Source: Candidatus Latescibacterota bacterium
GTDB lineage: Bacteria; Latescibacterota; UBA2968
Length of the DNA: 64,000 nucleotides
Direction: 5' to 3'
Assembly (NCBI GenBank): GCA_965198115.1
Contig: OZ240241.1
Coordinates: 5,408,001 to 5,472,000 of the forward strand
This document shows, in pieces, positions 41,154 to 52,630 of the stretch. Made by a program: the position numbers and the translations under genes. How positions within the stretch are numbered: position 1 is the first letter of the stretch; each line of letters starts with the position of its first letter. Under the pieces are notes generated by a model. The model ran no database searches and had not been told where the DNA came from. It was given only the letters and a program-made list of their open reading frames with translations.

Positions 41154-42022
41154 ATGACCTCGGATATCCTCATCAACACCTTCCCCGACTTTTTGACGTT
41201 CTGGGAAAACGCGAAGGATCAACCGATCGAAATCCAGATCGATACGTGGGAATCCGACTACATGTCCAAGTGGCCGCGCTGCTCGAGAAGCAGAAGAACG
41301 ACTACGGGCAGGGTGGCTACGACTGGCGCGAAATCGCCCGAGAGCGGGTTTTCCCCTATCTGCAGGATCGTATGCCTCTGATGACAGAGGCGGCGCAAGG
41401 TGTCGACTGCATCGATCCGATTCGCAGCAAGGTCCACCGGTTGGTCACGCACGATCTTGATGTGCTCTTCGTGGTTTATGTCGGCATCGGCTGCGGGGCA
41501 GGCTGGGGAACGACGCTCGAAGATCGACCGGCTTGTCTGTTCGGGCTAGAGAACATCGCCGAGTTGGGCTACTCGGATGAGAGATCGTTCTCAGGCCTCG
41601 TCGCCCACGAGTTGGGCCACGTCGTGCATACGCAACTGCAAGACCGACACGGACTCGAAGGAAAACCGGACTTTGTATGGCGGATGTGGCAGGAAGGCAT
41701 CGCCATGCGGCACGAGCATATCGTCATGGAAGAGGACAGCTGGCACGGCCAAGCGGCTGAGTGGGTCGTCTGGTGCAACGAGAACAAGGGGTGGCTCGCC
41801 TCGGAGTTCCTCAGGAGACAGAACGACGACGACGCGCGACGAGATTTTTTTGGATCCTGGTTCTCGGTCCAGGGGAGGAGCGGAACGGCTTACTTCCTGG
41901 GTCACGAAGTCGTTTGTGAGGTTGAACGTGAGCTATCCTTCGGGGACATCCTCCTCTTGCCTTGGGAGCAGGCGCGACAAAGGACCACAATGATCTTGGA
42001 ACGAATGGCTGGCTCACGATGA
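41154..42022 (+). pseudogene. Zn-dependent peptidase-like protein (HELGH), frameshift near 41275
   Basis: 41154 ORF ...YMSKWP joins 41246-frame ALLEKQKNDY...; HELGH and EGIA. Confidence 0.7.
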
Positions 42023-42871
42023 ACATCGAACGATTAGCCGGCAATTTAGGCATCGAGGTCAAAGACATCGACCCAGCCACGATCTCCGACGAGGACTTGA
42101 AGCACCTTCTGCTGAACCTCTACGAACACCGGTTCGCCGTGCTTCGCACGCGGGGCCTGGCTGAGGATGATTACATTGCATTTGCGAAGCGCATCGGCGA
42201 TCCGCTCCCACTGACTACAAGCCGGACGGATCATCCGGAAATCGCGATGATCACCAACGTCGACAAGGATACCGAAGGAAAAACGAGGCGCCGCGCACTG
42301 GCACTCCGACCAGTCCTTCAAGAAAGAGGTGGCATCGATCACTATGTTGTATTCCGTCCAGGCTCCTCAAAGCGGTGGTCAGACGATGTTCTGCGACATG
42401 GTGGCGGCCTACGACGCACTTCCCGAAACAAGGAAAGAGCAGATCGAGCGTTTGATCGTCGAACACCGTCACGGCGTCTCGGTCGTGGCCCGCCCTGGCG
42501 ACCACATCCCCGTTCCGCCGAAGGATTGGGATCAGAGCACCACCGTCCATCACCCACTCGTGAGGCGGCACCCGGTGACCGGGACGAAGACCCTCTATGC
42601 GATTTCCGGAACGGTTCAGGGCATCGAGGGCTTCGCCCAGACCGAGGCTGAATCGCTGCTCGAAAACCTGTGCGATCACGCATTTCAAGACCGGTTCCTC
42701 GCTCAGCACAAACATTCTGTCAACGACCTGGTCATGTGGGACAACCCGACCACCATGCACAGCACCACCCCCATCCCCGCAGCCACCGGCCCTCACGACA
42801 CGCGAGTCATCCACCGCATCAGCCTCCGCGGCACCCCCTCTGTCTTCGGCACCACCCCATTGCCCAGCTAA
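42019..42871 (+). pseudogene. TauD/TfdA dioxygenase, frameshift near 42285
   Basis: MNIERLAGNLGIEV... then other frame GAAHWHSDQSF...HPLVRRHPVTG...VMWDN.TTMH. Confidence 0.85.
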
Positions 42872-43010
42872 GCGAGATAGCATAACAACGTCCGCGATGA
42901 CCTGTTACCACGAGTCGCTCTCTCCGGACCCGAGCGAAAGCCACGACCATCGACATCGCGCAGCTGAGCCCCAGAACCCCGATCAGGGCCTCCACACGAT
43001 CTGCCGCCAC

Positions 43011-43041
43011 CATTCGTGTGCATTTGTGTTCATTAGTGGTT
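43011..43041. repeat. 10-mer tandem repeat CATTHGTGKK x3
   Basis: cattcgtgtg-catttgtgtt-cattagtggt. Confidence 0.6.
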
Positions 43042-43117
43042 ACCCGGTTTTCCTGAAACATCCACCCGATCGCACGACGTCAAACCCGGCAGCCACCGAT
43101 CACGCCGGGAGGGGTGC

Positions 43118-45541
43118 ATGCTCAGCCATTACTTCGCCATCGCGCTCCGCAGTCTGAACGGAAACAGGGTCTACTCGCTCATCAACGTTTTCGGTCTTAC
43201 CCTCGGCCTCGGATGCGCGCTCGTGATCTATCTGTTCGTCGCGGATGAATTGTCCTACGACCGCTATCACGATAACGCGAACCGAATCTACCGAGTCATC
43301 CTACGAGGACGGCTGCAAGGGAAGACCATCAACGGGGCGGTTTCACCCGCACCCATGGCACAGGCCATCGTGGACGAGATTCCCGACGTCGAGACAGCGG
43401 CCCGTCTCTGGCGAAGGGACGAGGTACTGGTGGGCACAGGAGATCGTAAGTTCATCGAGCGTGTCTACTATGCCGACGGAGTCTATTTCAAGATCTTCAC
43501 GCATCCCCTGATCGAAGGCGACCCGAGAACTGCGCTCGTCGAACCCAACTCCATCGTCCTGACCCAAACCGGAGCGAAGAAATATTTCGGGACTCGATCC
43601 GCGCTGGGTGAAGCCCTCAAGCTCAACGACGACGATTATGTCGTCACGGGCATCGCAGAGGACATACCTCACAACTCGCACGTGCACTTCGACTACCTCG
43701 CCTCCCTCGTGACCCGTGAGGACAGTCGAAACCAGATGTGGGTCAGCAACAACTACTTCACGTATCTCCTCCTCGCCGAAGACGCCTCCGTTCCCGCCAT
43801 CGTCGCGAAGATCAACAGCATGGTCCGCAAATACGCCGGTCCGCAGACCAAGGCGATCCTGAACACCACCTTCGAGGAATTCGAGCGCAGCGGCGGCCGA
43901 TACGAATTCGAACTACAGGCGCTGTCGGACGTCCACCTTCGATCGAACTTCGACATCGAACTCGAAACGAACGGAGACATAGACTACGTCTACACGTTCA
44001 GCTTCGTCGCGATCCTGGTCCTTCTCGTGGCCTGCGGCAACTACACCAACCTCACGACCGCACGAGCGACCAAACGGGGCACCGAAATCGGGATGCGGAA
44101 AACCCTCGGGGCCAACCGACAACAATTGGTTCGCCAGCTACTTGGGGAATCCATCCTGCTCACGGCGGCCTCCTGTATCCTTGCCATCGGACTCACCAGC
44201 GCCGCATTGCCTGCGATTTCAGCACAGCTCCAGAAACCGTTGTCTCTATCGACGATTGCCCCGATCGAAATCCTCGCTGCGTTCGTGCTCGTGCTCCTTG
44301 TTGGCCTCGTGGCCGGCGCGTATCCCGCTCTTCTGCTGTCCAGATTCAGACCGCAGGAAGTCCTGACCGGATCGAAAGGTCTGGCCGGGAGTCGAGGATT
44401 GTTGCGCAGCGTCCTCGTCGTCTTTCAGTTCGTCGTATCCGTCGTACTCGTCGTCGGCACCCTCGTCGTACACGGCCAGATTCGCTACGTTCAGGCCAAA
44501 CACCTGGGGTTCGACCAGGAGCACGTCCTCGTCGTCAAACGCGCGTGGCCGATTCGTAAAAAGATGGATGCGTTCAGACAGGAGCTGCTGCGAGATGCGG
44601 GGATCGTAGCTGTCGCGGGGTGTGACAACGTACCCGGCGAGTGGTTCAACAACTCGGCATTTCTACCGGAAGGCTCGACGGGAGATCAGTCCTACTTGCT
44701 GTGGCGGCTCACGGCTGACGAAAACTTCATCGGGACGATGGGCATGACCGTCTCCGAAGGCCGCGACTTCTCCCGTGACTTCGCCTCGGACTCGTCAGCC
44801 GTGTTGCTCAATCAAACCGCCGCCCAGCTCATGGGGTGGGCAGATGACCCGATCGGGAAGCGGATCCTTCAACCCGGATTCGAATCCGATGAATCCATCA
44901 CGCACTCGGTCATCGGTGTGGTCGACGACTTCCACTTCGAAAGCCTGCGCGAAGAAATCAGACCTCTGATCATCCAGAACACCCGCCACAAAGAGACCAA
45001 CGGTGTGCAGAGTGTCGTGATCCGGATCAGGACCGACGACGTTGCGGGCACCCTTCAGAAGATCGAGGAGTCCTGGAAGACGATGGCGCCCGGCCATCCC
45101 CTTATGTGCACCTTCCTTCGAGATGATCTCGATGCCCTCTACCGGGCCGATCAGAAAACCGTGGAAATCGCAACCGGATTCTCTCTGCTGGCCATCCTGA
45201 TCGGGTGTCTTGGCCTGTTCGGTCTGACATCTTTCATGGCAGAGCAGAGGACGAAAGAGATCGGTGTTCGAAAAGTGCTGGGCGCATCGGGTGCGATGAT
45301 CGTCCAGATGCTGTCCACGGACATCGTCAGACCGGTCATCATCGGCAACCTCATCGCCTGGCCGATCGCCTACACCCTGCTGGACTCCTGGCTGCAGGCC
45401 TTCGCCTACCGAGCGGAGCTGGGGATTGGCCACTTTCTGCTCGGCGGTGGACTCGCCCTCGCAGTCGCCCTCGTGACCGTGGGATATCAGACCGCGAAAG
45501 CGGCTGGCGCCGATCCGGTGGACGCGCTCAGATACGAGTGA
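43118..45541 (+). CDS. MacB/FtsX-like ABC transporter permease (duplicated type)
   Basis: ELSYDRYH, EIGMRKTLGA, RTKEIGVRKVLGAS, ADPVDALRYE. Confidence 0.93.
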   Translation: MLSHYFAIALRSLNGNRVYSLINVFGLTLGLGCALVIYLFVADELSYDRYHDNANRIYRVILRGRLQGKTINGAVSPAPMAQAIVDEIPDVETAARLWRRDEVLVGTGDRKFIERVYYADGVYFKIFTHPLIEGDPRTALVEPNSIVLTQTGAKKYFGTRSALGEALKLNDDDYVVTGIAEDIPHNSHVHFDYLASLVTREDSRNQMWVSNNYFTYLLLAEDASVPAIVAKINSMVRKYAGPQTKAILNTTFEEFERSGGRYEFELQALSDVHLRSNFDIELETNGDIDYVYTFSFVAILVLLVACGNYTNLTTARATKRGTEIGMRKTLGANRQQLVRQLLGESILLTAASCILAIGLTSAALPAISAQLQKPLSLSTIAPIEILAAFVLVLLVGLVAGAYPALLLSRFRPQEVLTGSKGLAGSRGLLRSVLVVFQFVVSVVLVVGTLVVHGQIRYVQAKHLGFDQEHVLVVKRAWPIRKKMDAFRQELLRDAGIVAVAGCDNVPGEWFNNSAFLPEGSTGDQSYLLWRLTADENFIGTMGMTVSEGRDFSRDFASDSSAVLLNQTAAQLMGWADDPIGKRILQPGFESDESITHSVIGVVDDFHFESLREEIRPLIIQNTRHKETNGVQSVVIRIRTDDVAGTLQKIEESWKTMAPGHPLMCTFLRDDLDALYRADQKTVEIATGFSLLAILIGCLGLFGLTSFMAEQRTKEIGVRKVLGASGAMIVQMLSTDIVRPVIIGNLIAWPIAYTLLDSWLQAFAYRAELGIGHFLLGGGLALAVALVTVGYQTAKAAGADPVDALRYE

Positions 45542-45688
45542 CGATTGCCCCCGAGCAGATTGCCCTGGCTCTGAGTCCCAAATCGAGGCGCATTGAGGAA
45601 GCACCAGCATTCAGCCGATAAGGAGGTTTGCCGGACTATTGAACGTATCTTTCAGAAGTGAACGATCAGCCTACAGGGAGGTCTGTCA

Positions 45689-46065
45689 GTGGCTCGGCGT
45701 GACTGGTACTGCGAAGATGTTCTTTCTGGTAAGCTTGATGTGAACCGTGTATACGAGGATGACCTGGTGCTGGCATTCCATCACCCAAGACCCGTTGCCC
45801 AAGTCCACGTGGCTGTGGTGCCGAAGGCTCACGTAGCCGGACTGATGGACGAGACCGCCTTGGATGGGGACCTTCTCTCGTCTATGGTGCGGGCAGTCCA
45901 GAGGGTTGCAACTTCCCTTGGCCTTCTGGATGGTAAGGGGTTCTACGTAAGGGCCAACGCAGCGTCTCCCGGTGAACTCCCCACATGCATTGGCACGTTT
46001 TAGGTCCCGGAGCTGGTGCCGACTGGCCGAATTCTCGATCACATTCCGGCGACAAGAAAGAATAG
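45689..46065 (+). pseudogene. HIT family protein, frameshift near 45975
   Basis: VYEDDLVLAFHHPRP...HVAVVPKAH; HIT motif PHMHWH lies in another frame. Confidence 0.8.
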
Positions 46066-46184
46066 AGGGCTTTACTAGGCTGCCTTTCTCTTCCTTTTCA
46101 AGGAGAACACAAGCAACACAGCGTGAAACACGCAGGTTGCCCCGCGAGACCTCACTGCCTCCATCCGAAATCTGATCCCAAATC

Positions 46185-46898
46185 ATGATATTCAATCAAG
46201 CCAACTTTGATGTGCGTTGCGAATGGGGCGAAAATGGGGTTCGTGAACTCTCAGGATGTAGCGATGCAGTCATAATCGTGGACGTGATGTCGTTCTCTAC
46301 TTGCGTCACGATAGCTACAAACCTGGGTGCCACTGTTTTCCCCTACCGATTTAGGGATGATTCAGGAGCAGACTTCGCAAAATCTGTCAACGCCGTGCTG
46401 GCAGGCCCGAGGGGAAAGAGTACGTACTCCCTTTCTCCCGCATCTCTCACGAGCATCCCGAAACGTGTTCGGCTGGTCTTGCCCTCTCCGAACGGATCGA
46501 CCTTGACCCTCAGCACGGGGGAGACACCGACGTTCGCCGGATGTCTGAGGAACTGTCGAGCCGTAACGAAAGCCACCATGCACCGTGGGATGAAAATCGC
46601 CGTCATCCCAGCCGGTGAGCGTTGAAGGGAGGACGGCAGTCTACGCCCGGCAGTGGAAGACTTGATTGGCGCCGGGGCCGTCATAGATCACCTCAAAGGA
46701 ACCTTGTCGCCAGAGGCCGAGTTGGCGGTTGCTGCATACAGAAATTCTGCTACTAATCTACTCGAGATCCTGAATCAGTGCGGTTCGGGAAGGGAATTAA
46801 CGGACAGGGGATTCGCGCACGATATACCGATTATCGCCGAGATTGGTGTAGATGATTGCGCCCCAATCCTTCGTGATGGAGTGTATATCAAAGAGTAG
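46185..46898 (+). pseudogene. 2-phosphosulfolactate phosphatase (ComB-like) with in-frame TGA
   Basis: IVDVMSFST, LPSPNGS, AGER*REDGSLRPAVED; TGA 46623-46625 at the usual Trp. Confidence 0.85.
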
Positions 46899-47055
46899 TT
46901 TGCTCTGAGAGGGGCACCAGCGGCTGACAGCGCACGCTTGCCCCCAAACCGTGGCCAATCGCCTGAGTGCCACACACCGTGTTGTTCGAAGACCTCCTCG
47001 CCGGATCGCTGCAAACAGAGTCGCCTCTGATCGCGACGCAACAAAGGCCAGCGTC

Positions 47056-48701
47056 ATGACTGCGTGGGACTGGGCCATCGTCTTCATCCTCAACGGCAGC
47101 ATCGTTCTCTACGGCTTCTACCTGAGCCGGGGTATGCGCTCGAGCGCCGACTGGTTCCTGGCCGGCCGTCAGCTGCCGTGGTGGCTCGTGGGCATCTCCA
47201 TGTACGCCACCGCGATCGACGCCAGCGATCTCGTCGCAGATTCGGGAGGCACCTACACCCTCGGCATGAGTGTGTTCATCGCCAACTGGGTCGGTGTGGT
47301 GGCCGGTTGGGCTATCGCCGGCTTTTTCATCTTCCTGCCGATGTATCGCATCGGCATGTACACGAACGCCGAGTACCTCGAGGCCAGATTCGGCGTTGCC
47401 GTTCGTGTTATCTGCGCCTTCGTCCAGGTGCAGTACCGCACCCTCGTCCTCGCCATCATCGCCACGACCGCATTCCTCGTGCTCACCATCGTCAGTGGCT
47501 GGGACGATACCACGGCCTGGGCCGTCGTCTGGGGTATCGCCCTTCTCGCGACCATCTACACCGCACTGGGCGGCCTGCGCACGGTCGCGGTGACCGATGC
47601 GCTTCAGTTCGGGGTCATGATGGCCGCGGGTCTCGTCATCTGGTTCGTGGTCTGGGGGAAGGTCGGCGGCTGGAGTGGTGTCGAGGAGCGTCTGGCCGCC
47701 GTCGATGCCGATCTGCCCTCGCAGCTACTCCACATCGGCGCCGATAGGGACGGCACGCCGGGGTGGGTCGTCGCCCTCGCCTTCGTCATCATCGGTGTGG
47801 CCTACTCAGTCGTCAACCACACCCAGGCCATGCGCATGTTCGCCTCACGCAACGAGTGGCACCTGAAGATGTCCGTGTTCGCCGCCTCCGTGCCGCTCAT
47901 CGTCATGACGTTCTGCAACCTATCGATCGGCGTTATGGGCCGGGCACTCGTTCCAGAGCAGGGAGATCTGCCCGGTGCACGGCAGGACGCCATCTACCCC
48001 TTCCTCGTCAGCCAGATCGACACGATCGGCGTAAGGGGTCTCGTCGTTGCCGGAATTCTCGCGGCGGCGCTGTCGACTTACGACTCGATCGGTTCCTCAC
48101 TGTCGGCTCTCCTCACCCGCGATGTCTACGCCCGACTCATCGTCCGCAACCGCGACGACCATCACTATTTGCGTGTCGGTCAGTGGCTGACACCCGTCAT
48201 CATCTTCGGATCGTTCGCCTACGTGCCCTTCATGAAAGGCGGCATGCTTCTTTTCTACGTGGACATCACAAGCACCTTCGTCGTACCTCTGCTGACGCTC
48301 TTTCTGATGGGCGCCCTCACGCCCGTCCACCGGCGAGCCGGCCTCATCGGCCTATTGGCGGGAACACTCTACGGCCTGCTGCGTCTCTTCACGCCCGTGA
48401 TCTACGAGCACTTCGGCGTCACCCTTATGTCCGGTTTCCTGGCCAATTCCTGGGCCGCCTATTCGGCATGGGCGTCACGGCCGCGACCATGCTTCTGGTG
48501 TCTTTCGCGATGGGATGGGAGAGCAAAGCGACACAAATGGGAGAAGCCCACGCCGAAGACAGCCCCTGGCTCGGCTCCAGTCTCGTCGAGATCCAGAGCC
48601 TGAAGTCGGAGCCCGAGAGCGCCTCGAACACGACGCCTGTCGTGCTGGCGGTTTTCGCGGTTGCGGTGGGATGTTACTTGAGTTTCGTCGTCTTCTGGTA
48701 A
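47056..48701 (+). pseudogene. Sodium:solute symporter, frameshift near 48463 close to the C-terminus
   Basis: WFLAGRQLPWW, EYLEARF, GGLRTVAVTDALQ; last TM helices in another frame. Confidence 0.85.
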
Positions 48702-48862
48702 CCACACCCAACCCTGTGCGTGAAGAGCTACCGACAATGCCACATAACCAGCTGATCAGATGAGCTCACTATCGAACCACGGCATCGTCCTGCGGGACTC
48801 TGAAGTCGTGCTGCGGCCCATGACAGAAGATGACTGGGATTCGCTCCTCAGATGGAACGCAG

Positions 48863-50250
48863 GGTGTTGTGCCTATCGTAGTTGAAACTTAGAGGGCTCC
48901 AAACTTACGTTGGGTAGACGTGTAGGAGCGTATACCCGTAAGAAAGGAGCCCAGATGGAGAAGCTATTTGTAGGCGATGGTGAAGTCAAGGTTGAGGGCG
49001 ATGTCATCGATTTGGAGACGCGTTTGTCGGTGATCCAGGCGTTGATCCCGTTGGGTCTGGAGGCAGTGGCAGACCTCCTCCAGCAGGAGGTCGAGCAGCT
49101 CGCAGGCGTTCGGTATGCGCGCAAAGGTTCGGAGCAGGCGCATCGTCGGTGGGGAAGCCAGAAGGGATCCGTGTATCTGATGGACCAGAAGCTCCCGTTA
49201 GACGTTCCCCGGGTGCGCGACGTCGAGGCCGACGCAGAGGTTTCCCTGGCTGCATACCGGGCTCTACAGACGCCCAAGAAGACGGACGAGGGGCTGTTGC
49301 TTCGTGTTCTCAAGGGGATCTCGTGCCGCAACTACAAGGCCTGTGCCGAATCGGTTCCAGAAGCGTTTGGTATCTCAGCGTCCTCCGTCTCGCGGCGGTT
49401 CATCAAAGCCACCGCGAAGAAGCTGAAGCAGTTCCAGGAGCGTCCCCTCGACGACTACGGCTTCGTGACCCTGTTCATTGACGGAAAGAGCTTTGCCGAC
49501 GAAGAGATCGTGATCGCTCTGGGGGTCACGATGGACGGCCAGAAGATCCCCCTGGGCTTCGTCGAATCGGCGACGGAGAACGAACGGATCTGCCGCCAGC
49601 TGATCCAGGACCTCATCCGGAGAGGCCTGTGCTACGACCAGGGCCTTCTCGTTGTGCTTGACGGCTCAAAGGGACTCCGCAGTGCTGTCACCAAAGCCCT
49701 CAAAGGGTATGTGCGCGTGCATCGCTGTCAGTGGCACAAGCGCGAGAATGTCGTCAGCTATCTCCCGGAGAGGGAACGTCCAAGAGTTCGACGGAAGCTC
49801 CAGAAAGCCTATGACTGCGACACCTACGAGGAGGCAAAGGCCGCACTCGAATCACTTAAACCCGAACTGAAGCTGATGAATCAGTCTGCCGTAACGAGCC
49901 TCGAGGAAGGCCTGGAGGAAACCCTGACCCTCCACCGGCTGGGTATGCTCCCATTCCTGAAACGAAGCTTCCGAACCACCAACTGCATCGAAGCCCTCAA
50001 CAGCAGGACCGGCGAGCTCACTCGGAAGGTCAGACGCTGGAACAACTCTCCCCAGAGACACAGATGGGTGGCTGCCGCACTCCTCGACATCGAACCTCGC
50101 CTGCGACGCGTGAGCGGATACAAACATCTTCCCCTACTCAGGCAAGCACTGAACAAAGATCTGAATCTCGACAACGAACAGAATGCTCAAAAGAGAGCCT
50201 GACCAAACTACGGGGCCCGATGAGTTTTCAACTGACTATGGGACTTGACC
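48863..50250 (+). mobile_element. IS256-family element (1388 bp), 8-bp TSD GAACGCAG
   Basis: TSD at 48855-48862 and 50251-50258; imperfect IRs GGTGTTGTGCCTATCGTAGTTGAAA / GGTCAAGTCCCATAGTCAGTTGAAA. Confidence 0.93.
48955..50202 (+). CDS. IS256 (mutator-type) transposase
   Basis: LDVPRVRD, LFIDGK, VLDGSKGL, RCQWHK, RTTNCIEALN. Confidence 0.93.
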   Translation: MEKLFVGDGEVKVEGDVIDLETRLSVIQALIPLGLEAVADLLQQEVEQLAGVRYARKGSEQAHRRWGSQKGSVYLMDQKLPLDVPRVRDVEADAEVSLAAYRALQTPKKTDEGLLLRVLKGISCRNYKACAESVPEAFGISASSVSRRFIKATAKKLKQFQERPLDDYGFVTLFIDGKSFADEEIVIALGVTMDGQKIPLGFVESATENERICRQLIQDLIRRGLCYDQGLLVVLDGSKGLRSAVTKALKGYVRVHRCQWHKRENVVSYLPERERPRVRRKLQKAYDCDTYEEAKAALESLKPELKLMNQSAVTSLEEGLEETLTLHRLGMLPFLKRSFRTTNCIEALNSRTGELTRKVRRWNNSPQRHRWVAAALLDIEPRLRRVSGYKHLPLLRQALNKDLNLDNEQNAQKRA

Positions 50251-50793
50251 GAACGCAGATCCAGAGGTACTCTTTTACACTGAAGGCGACGATGTCACTT
50301 ATCGGGATCTGGAACAGACCAAGCGAATCTACCGGCACGTGGCACAGTCGGCCTTCCGCTTCATCATCGAGTTTGAGGATCGGCCGGTTGGCGAATGCTG
50401 GCTACAAGAAATGAACCTGGCGCGGATCATCGATTCTCATCCCGATGCAGATTGCCGGCGTATCGATCTCATGATCGGCGAGAAGGATCTCTGGGGCCAC
50501 GGCATCGGTTCAAGAGTCATCGATCTGCTCAGCACGTTCGGCTTCAACCATCAGAACGCCGACTTGATTTTCGCGTGCGATGTTGCCGACTACAATCCCA
50601 GGAGCTACCGAGCCTTTGAAAAGAGTGGATTCGAACTCCATTCATCGAATCCACAGGAGCCCGGTGGCAAAGCCAAAGAGACCTATGACTTGATGTTGAA
50701 GCGTCCAGGTGATGAAGCTATCGACCCGGTCTGAGGACGAACTACCGATAATGTCGGTTTGCGTGACCACACTCCGACACTAAGCCCCGCCGC

Positions 50794-51816
50794 TCAACTC
50801 TTACCCTGCCACTCCTCGTAGATATCCGCAATCACATCGTCGATCGGGGCACGATGCGTCTCCACGTCGTTGACGCTGGTCTGTCTTGCGGCCTGATCCA
50901 GGAGCGCAGGGATCGACGTCTTCGCCGCATCAAACGTATACGCGTGTCGGTTACCTTCTGTTCGGACCCACTCCGCACCCTCCAACACCAGAGGGTCCTC
51001 CTTCGACGTCTCGAGCATCAGGTGTCTCCGGTCGCCGAACGATGATCGTAGCTGATCAAAATCACCGTCGAAGGCAATACGACCACCATCGATCATCACG
51101 ATACGCCCGGCAAGTTGCTCCAGGTCGTCCATGTCGTGGCTCGTCACCATCACCGTCACTCCCTTCTCCTGATTCAGCGTCTTGATGAAGTCCAGAATGT
51201 CTCGTTTGCCCAGCACGTCCACGCCGATCGTCGGTTCGTCCAGAAACAGAACTTCCGGCTCGTGAATCAGCATCATTCCCAGATCGGCCCGCATCTTCTG
51301 ACCGAGGCTGAGTTGGCGAGCAAGGGTATCGAAGAACGAGCCCAACCCCAGCACCTCCTTTAGGAAACCGAGATTGGCCTCATACCGATCGCGCGGAACA
51401 TCCCAGACAACGCGTGCCCACTCAAAGCTCGCTGACACCGGTTGGTCCCACCACAGCTCCGTCCGTTGCCCGAAGACCACACCGATTCGTTTGACATAAT
51501 TCACCCTGTCTTTCAACGGATCCATCCCAAGCGCGCGCACCGTTCCCGATGTTGGCGCCAACGCACTCGACAGCAGCTTTATCGTTGTGGACTTGCCGGC
51601 TCCATTCGGTCCGGCGTAGGCAACGACTTCCCCTTTCCTGATCGTCAGATCCACATCCTCTAGTGCCCGAATCTCACGAACCACAGGACGAAACAGATTT
51701 CTTAGAATATTTCGAGAATCCCCCGACCGCTGCCGCTGATAGAACGTCTTGCTCACCCGGGACAGACTAATTGCGATGCCCGCCTCCGGAGTATCGTTGA
51801 GATCCTGTGTGTTCAT
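50794..51816 (-). CDS. ABC transporter ATPase (NatA/DrrA-like)
   Basis: GPNGAGKSTT, VFGQRTELWWD, LSLGQKMR, LDEPTIGVD; start ATG 51816. Confidence 0.92.
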   Translation of the reverse strand: MNTQDLNDTPEAGIAISLSRVSKTFYQRQRSGDSRNILRNLFRPVVREIRALEDVDLTIRKGEVVAYAGPNGAGKSTTIKLLSSALAPTSGTVRALGMDPLKDRVNYVKRIGVVFGQRTELWWDQPVSASFEWARVVWDVPRDRYEANLGFLKEVLGLGSFFDTLARQLSLGQKMRADLGMMLIHEPEVLFLDEPTIGVDVLGKRDILDFIKTLNQEKGVTVMVTSHDMDDLEQLAGRIVMIDGGRIAFDGDFDQLRSSFGDRRHLMLETSKEDPLVLEGAEWVRTEGNRHAYTFDAAKTSIPALLDQAARQTSVNDVETHRAPIDDVIADIYEEWQGKS

Positions 51817-52630
51817 AGTGTCTGAGTCCTTTTTGGAATGCCAACCACGCAACCAGGCTAGCAACAGTGGCAATGAGAGGGAGTATCCATAACGAGGTCG
51901 AGCGCATACCCAACAGAACCTGACTCGGAGACCAGGCGACAAAGCCCACGGGAATCACTGTGAGCAGCGTGTTCATCAACAGAGGACTGAGCCCGTCCAG
52001 AGGAAAGGACTTGAGCTGAAACACGAGTCTCGTCGCCGAACTGCTGATCTCTTCGGCCCCCACAGGTGACCAGAAGGCCAGGCTGCCCCAGAGATAGGAA
52101 AGAGCCAGGACAACTGCGCACGAGGAGAACAAGAGACATCCGAACCCCAGCCACCATCCGAACGTCAGAGGCAAGTTCAGCTGAAGGACCGCCCAGGCCG
52201 TGATGCCAACTCCCGTGAAGAGTGAAAGGCTGCCGGAAAAGGGCATGAAGCCCTCCGTGAGCAGCACCATCCAGATTGGTTGGGGTTGGATCAGTGTGTG
52301 GTCGAATTGGCCTCGTCCGATCCGTCGACTGATTTCGAGCGTGTTGTTGGAGAAACCCACGGACAGGAAACCGCGCACGAGGGCCGCGTAGCCAAGCATG
52401 AAAACGATCTGCTCCCGGCTCCAAACCCCGATGCCATCGAATCGTTCCGCCAGGAGGAACACAGCCGCAACGCCGGAAAGATTCAGCAGGACGTCCGTAA
52501 CGACATTGATCAGGCAGAACGTGATGTCCCTTGTCATCCACATCAGATCCATATAGGCCTGGACCCGCCAACGACGGACCAACTTCAGAATGGTACGCCC
52601 TGAGTGAATACCGCCTGTCTCATCCGCCAT
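51767..52630 (-). CDS. ABC-2 family (DUF990-type) permease
   Basis: IGVWSREQIVF, GQFDHTLIQP, YSGGG C-terminus. Confidence 0.88.
   Translation of the reverse strand: MADETGGIHSGRTILKLVRRWRVQAYMDLMWMTRDITFCLINVVTDVLLNLSGVAAVFLLAERFDGIGVWSREQIVFMLGYAALVRGFLSVGFSNNTLEISRRIGRGQFDHTLIQPQPIWMVLLTEGFMPFSGSLSLFTGVGITAWAVLQLNLPLTFGWWLGFGCLLFSSCAVVLALSYLWGSLAFWSPVGAEEISSSATRLVFQLKSFPLDGLSPLLMNTLLTVIPVGFVAWSPSQVLLGMRSTSLWILPLIATVASLVAWLAFQKGLRHYEHTGSQRYSGGGHRN

Larger units (their letters stand above)
48760..50734 (+). pseudogene. GNAT (RimJ/AAC(6')-like) acetyltransferase interrupted by IS256
   Basis: Removing the IS and one TSD restores VLRPMTEDDWDSLLRWNA|DPEVLFY...IGEKDLWGHGIGS. Confidence 0.9.

Noticed and set aside
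37863-46898. TGA recoded as Trp or Sec (in-frame TGA at Trp positions in the SRPBCC and ComB genes)
   Set aside because: TGA is the normal stop of many intact genes here, one in-frame TGA replaces a probable Arg, none replaces Cys, and neighbouring genes are frameshifted; nonsense mutation is simpler.
38778-50734. Integron cassette array
   Set aside because: The small accessory genes are cassette-like, but I recognised no intI and no repeated attC sites.
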